Source of the DNA: an uncultured Candidatus Saccharibacteria bacterium
GTDB lineage: Bacteria > Patescibacteriota > Minisyncoccia > UBA6257 > 2-01-FULL-56-20
DNA: 64,000 bases
Assembly (NCBI GenBank): GCA_964409535.1
Contig: CAYPDQ010000001.1
Coordinates: forward strand, 22,993-86,992
Reading direction: 5' to 3'
Part shown: positions 61,964-64,000 of the stretch, piece after piece
Position numbering within the stretch: position 1 is the stretch's first letter
Layout: each line of letters starts with the position of its first letter
The notes under the pieces: model-generated
Told to the model about the DNA's origin: nothing
The model's input: the letters and a program-made list of their open reading frames with translations, nothing else
Databases searched by the model: none
Program-made: the position numbers and the translations under genes

Positions 61964-62961
61964 AGCAACTCTCCGGGTCTTTTTATGCCAAGATGCTCGT
62001 AGGCGGCAGCCAAAACCACCCGGCCGGCGGGGGTGCGCTGGAGAAAACCCAAGCTCATAAGATACGGCTCATAGATGTCTTCAATCACCCCTTTTTCGTC
62101 GCTCAGGGCCGCCGCGAGAGTGCTAAGACCCACCGGCCCGCCGCCGAACTTGCCAATAATGATCTCCAGAAGCCGCCTGTCTTGAGGCTCCAGACCGCGC
62201 TCATCGATATCCAAAAGCTCCAAGGTCTTTCTCGCAACCGCCGCGTCAATCTCGTTTTTGCCCTGGACCTCGGCATAGTCCCGGGCACGTTTCAGAAGCC
62301 GGTTCGCGACCCGCGGCGTTGCGCGGGAGGCCCGGGCGAGGATCTCGACCGCTTCCGGAGAAATGTTCGCGCCCAAGATCGCCGCGGAGCGCGAGAGGAT
62401 CCTCTTGATGTCCTCCAAAGAGTAATACTCCAACCGGAAAGTCGCGCCGAAGCGCGAGCGCAGGGGCTGGGACAAGAGATTCTCCCGCGTGGTCGCGGCA
62501 ATGAGGGTAAATGGCGGCAAGTCCAAGTTCAAACTGCGCGCGGATGGACCCTTGCCGACCATGAGATGGAGTTTCCGCACCTCCATCGCCGGGTACAAAA
62601 CTTCCTCGATCAAGTGGTTTATCCGGTGTGCCTCGTCTATGAATAAAATGTCCTGCGGTTCCAGGTTGGTGAGGATGGCGGCGATGTCGCCCATCTTCTC
62701 CAGAGCCGGGCCGGAGGTGGTCTTGACCGCACCTCCCAATTCACGCGCGACGAGGTAAGCCAAGGTGGTTTTGCCCAGCCCGGCTTGCCCGCAGAAAAGA
62801 ACGTGATCCATCGCCTCGCCGCGCTTCTTCGCGGCCTCGATTATTATCCGGAGGTTTTTCTTGGTCTTGTCCTGACCAACGTACTCCGTCCAGGAGGCGG
62901 GCCGGAGCGCCTGCTCGACGCTCGAATCATCTCCGTTTCCGTTTTTAGGCCTGTTTTTCAT
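61960..62961 (-). CDS. ruvB: Holliday junction DNA helicase RuvB
   Basis: AAA+ motifs G.AGLGKTTLA and DEAHR with the winged-helix C-terminus; 333 aa. Confidence 0.9.
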   Translation of the reverse strand: MKNRPKNGNGDDSSVEQALRPASWTEYVGQDKTKKNLRIIIEAAKKRGEAMDHVLFCGQAGLGKTTLAYLVARELGGAVKTTSGPALEKMGDIAAILTNLEPQDILFIDEAHRINHLIEEVLYPAMEVRKLHLMVGKGPSARSLNLDLPPFTLIAATTRENLLSQPLRSRFGATFRLEYYSLEDIKRILSRSAAILGANISPEAVEILARASRATPRVANRLLKRARDYAEVQGKNEIDAAVARKTLELLDIDERGLEPQDRRLLEIIIGKFGGGPVGLSTLAAALSDEKGVIEDIYEPYLMSLGFLQRTPAGRVVLAAAYEHLGIKRPGELL

Positions 62962-62972
62962 ACTTTTTTACA

Positions 62973-63001
62973 CCTTGACAATAAGTGATTTATATGCTAA
63001 G
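62973..63001 (+). promoter_or_regulatory. Candidate sigma70-type promoter (TTGACA-17-TAAGAT)
   Basis: Near-consensus -35 and -10 hexamers with 17-bp spacing in the ruvB-pilB intergenic region. No plus-strand CDS lies downstream. Confidence 0.3.
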
Positions 63002-63229
63002 ATGTCTGCCGTTAACGTTGCCGGCCCAAACCTGGGGGCAGGAATTGTTTTATGTTAAGGACGGCTTGGTTTCGGCGAAGCCGCTCCTCGAAGCAATTCT
63101 AACCTCTTTTAACTACGTTAAAAAGAGACCCTTCTATCCCCGTTTATTCGGGAATAGCCCCCAGATCTGGTCCGGCAATCCCGACGTTTTGGTCGGCACC
63201 CCGACCTCCACAAGGAGCGTCGGGGTTTC

Positions 63230-64000
63230 CTATTTCTCCCACTTGATAGGGCCAGTGATCCTCTCTACTTCCTCTAAGCTGGTTATGCCGGTGATTGACT
63301 TCAAAATCCCGTCTTCCTGGAGGGTCACGATCCCCTGTTCCTGCGCCAGTTTCCACAGCGCCACTTCCGACGCATCTTTCAAGATCAGCTCTTGCATTTC
63401 CGGCCCGCCTTCCAAAAATTCAAATATGCCGATGCGGCCCTTATAGCCGGTGCCGTTGCACTCCGCGCAGCCGGCCGGAGCGTAGAGGACCGGCTTTCTG
63501 TAGCCGTCCTTCTCTACTCTTGAAGGAAGTTTTTGAAGGAACACGGCGATCTTGCTTTTCAATTCCGGCGCGAGTTCCAGTTCTTTCTTGCACGCGGGAC
63601 AGAGCTTCCGGACCAATCTTTGGGCGATGACCAAAGAAAGCGCCGGGCCCACCGTTTGCGGTTTGGCGTTCAAATTCAAAAGCCGCGGCACGGCGCCGAT
63701 CGCGTCGTTCGTGTGAAGCGTGGACAAAACCATATGCCCGGTGAGAGACGCCTGGAGAGCGATATCCGCCGTCTCGGCGTCGCGGATCTCGCCGACCAGA
63801 ATTACGTCCGGGTCCTGGCGCATTATGGAGCGCAGGCCGCCGGCGAAAGTGTAGCCCACCTCCGTGTTGGTCTGGGTCTGCTCAATGCCCTCTATCCGGT
63901 ACTCTATCGGGTCCTCAATCGTGATTATCTTTATCTCCGGGCTGTTCATATGCCGCAGGAAGGCGTACAGGGTCGTGGTCTTGCCGCTGCCGGTCGGGCC
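63230..64000 (-). CDS. Type II/IV secretion-system ATPase (GspE/PilB family), 5'-truncated by the window end
   Basis: Walker A GPTGSGKTTTLYA is encoded at 63950-64000, upstream of the ORF-track start. Asp box, Walker B, His box and the C-terminal tetracysteine motif (CPAC...CAEC) are present. Confidence 0.8.
   Translation of the reverse strand, partial: GPTGSGKTTTLYAFLRHMNSPEIKIITIEDPIEYRIEGIEQTQTNTEVGYTFAGGLRSIMRQDPDVILVGEIRDAETADIALQASLTGHMVLSTLHTNDAIGAVPRLLNLNAKPQTVGPALSLVIAQRLVRKLCPACKKELELAPELKSKIAVFLQKLPSRVEKDGYRKPVLYAPAGCAECNGTGYKGRIGIFEFLEGGPEMQELILKDASEVALWKLAQEQGIVTLQEDGILKSITGITSLEEVERITGPIKWEK

Noticed and set aside
62985-63446. 153-aa plus-strand ORF between ruvB and pilB
   Set aside because: It overlaps the well-supported pilB 3' end on the opposite strand and has no domain features. 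Only its first roughly 240 nt are intergenic.
1-64000. CRISPR array or cas genes
   Set aside because: No array of regularly spaced identical direct repeats is present. The heptamer, 9-mer and palindromic repeats are tandem or solitary and lack unique spacers.

Overview
The window is bacterial DNA at roughly 55% GC with very dense coding. Short gene overlaps, small proteins and the gene content suggest a reduced-genome uncultivated lineage, possibly CPR/Patescibacteria-like; this is an inference, not verified.

Positions 1-19,854 form one large cell-surface glycan biosynthesis locus. It contains an NDP-hexose C-methyltransferase, an NDP-glucose 4,6-dehydratase, an RfbH/DdhC-like PMP-dependent 3-dehydrase, an SDR reductase or epimerase, a split transketolase, GT2, GT1 and GT11 glycosyltransferases, several SAM methyltransferases, RmlC, GmhA, a GDP-mannose 3,5-epimerase homolog, a split sulfatase/LtaS-like gene and a Wzy/WaaL-like membrane protein.

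The rest of the window is housekeeping: rny, gpmI, secG, a PGI/PMI, rnj, ileS, argS, smpB, infC-rpmI-rplT, ogt, a NUDIX gene, PolX, a ClpB-like ATPase, UDG, a Mur ligase, ruvA, rpsT, holA, pyrG, a histidine kinase, a 5'-3' exonuclease, tsaE, ruvB and a truncated pilB/gspE gene.

Three RNA genes were found by eye: tRNA-Leu(CAG), tRNA-Arg(CCG) and tmRNA (ssrA).

The most unusual content is mobile or repeat-related:
- An approximately 86-aa GIY-YIG nuclease ORF is bounded by 14-bp terminal inverted repeats (ATCCCGTTAGAGAC). At least three ORF-less MITE-like derivatives of it exist, one inserted in frame inside a permease gene.
- At least three other short repeat families, a (TAAAACC)n heptamer, a CCTGCCTGCGCAGGCAGG palindrome and CCCGAC/GTCGGG compound palindromes, occur in frame inside housekeeping genes (ileS, argS, pgi/pmi, the Mur ligase, ssrA). 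This resembles Rickettsia palindromic elements.
- ileS carries an internal insertion of about 170 aa with a histidine-phosphatase (PGAM-like) domain.
- A large serine recombinase interrupted by an in-frame TAA lies next to tRNA-Arg, consistent with a decayed integrative element.
- A phage-like cassette (M23 peptidase, Gly-rich secreted protein, tail-fibre-like protein with an S74 chaperone domain) separates smpB from ssrA.

Two noncoding regions of about 450 bp flank gpmI, and a roughly 600-bp high-GC islet with strong Shine-Dalgarno sites sits at 53.97-54.58 kb. No CRISPR array was seen.
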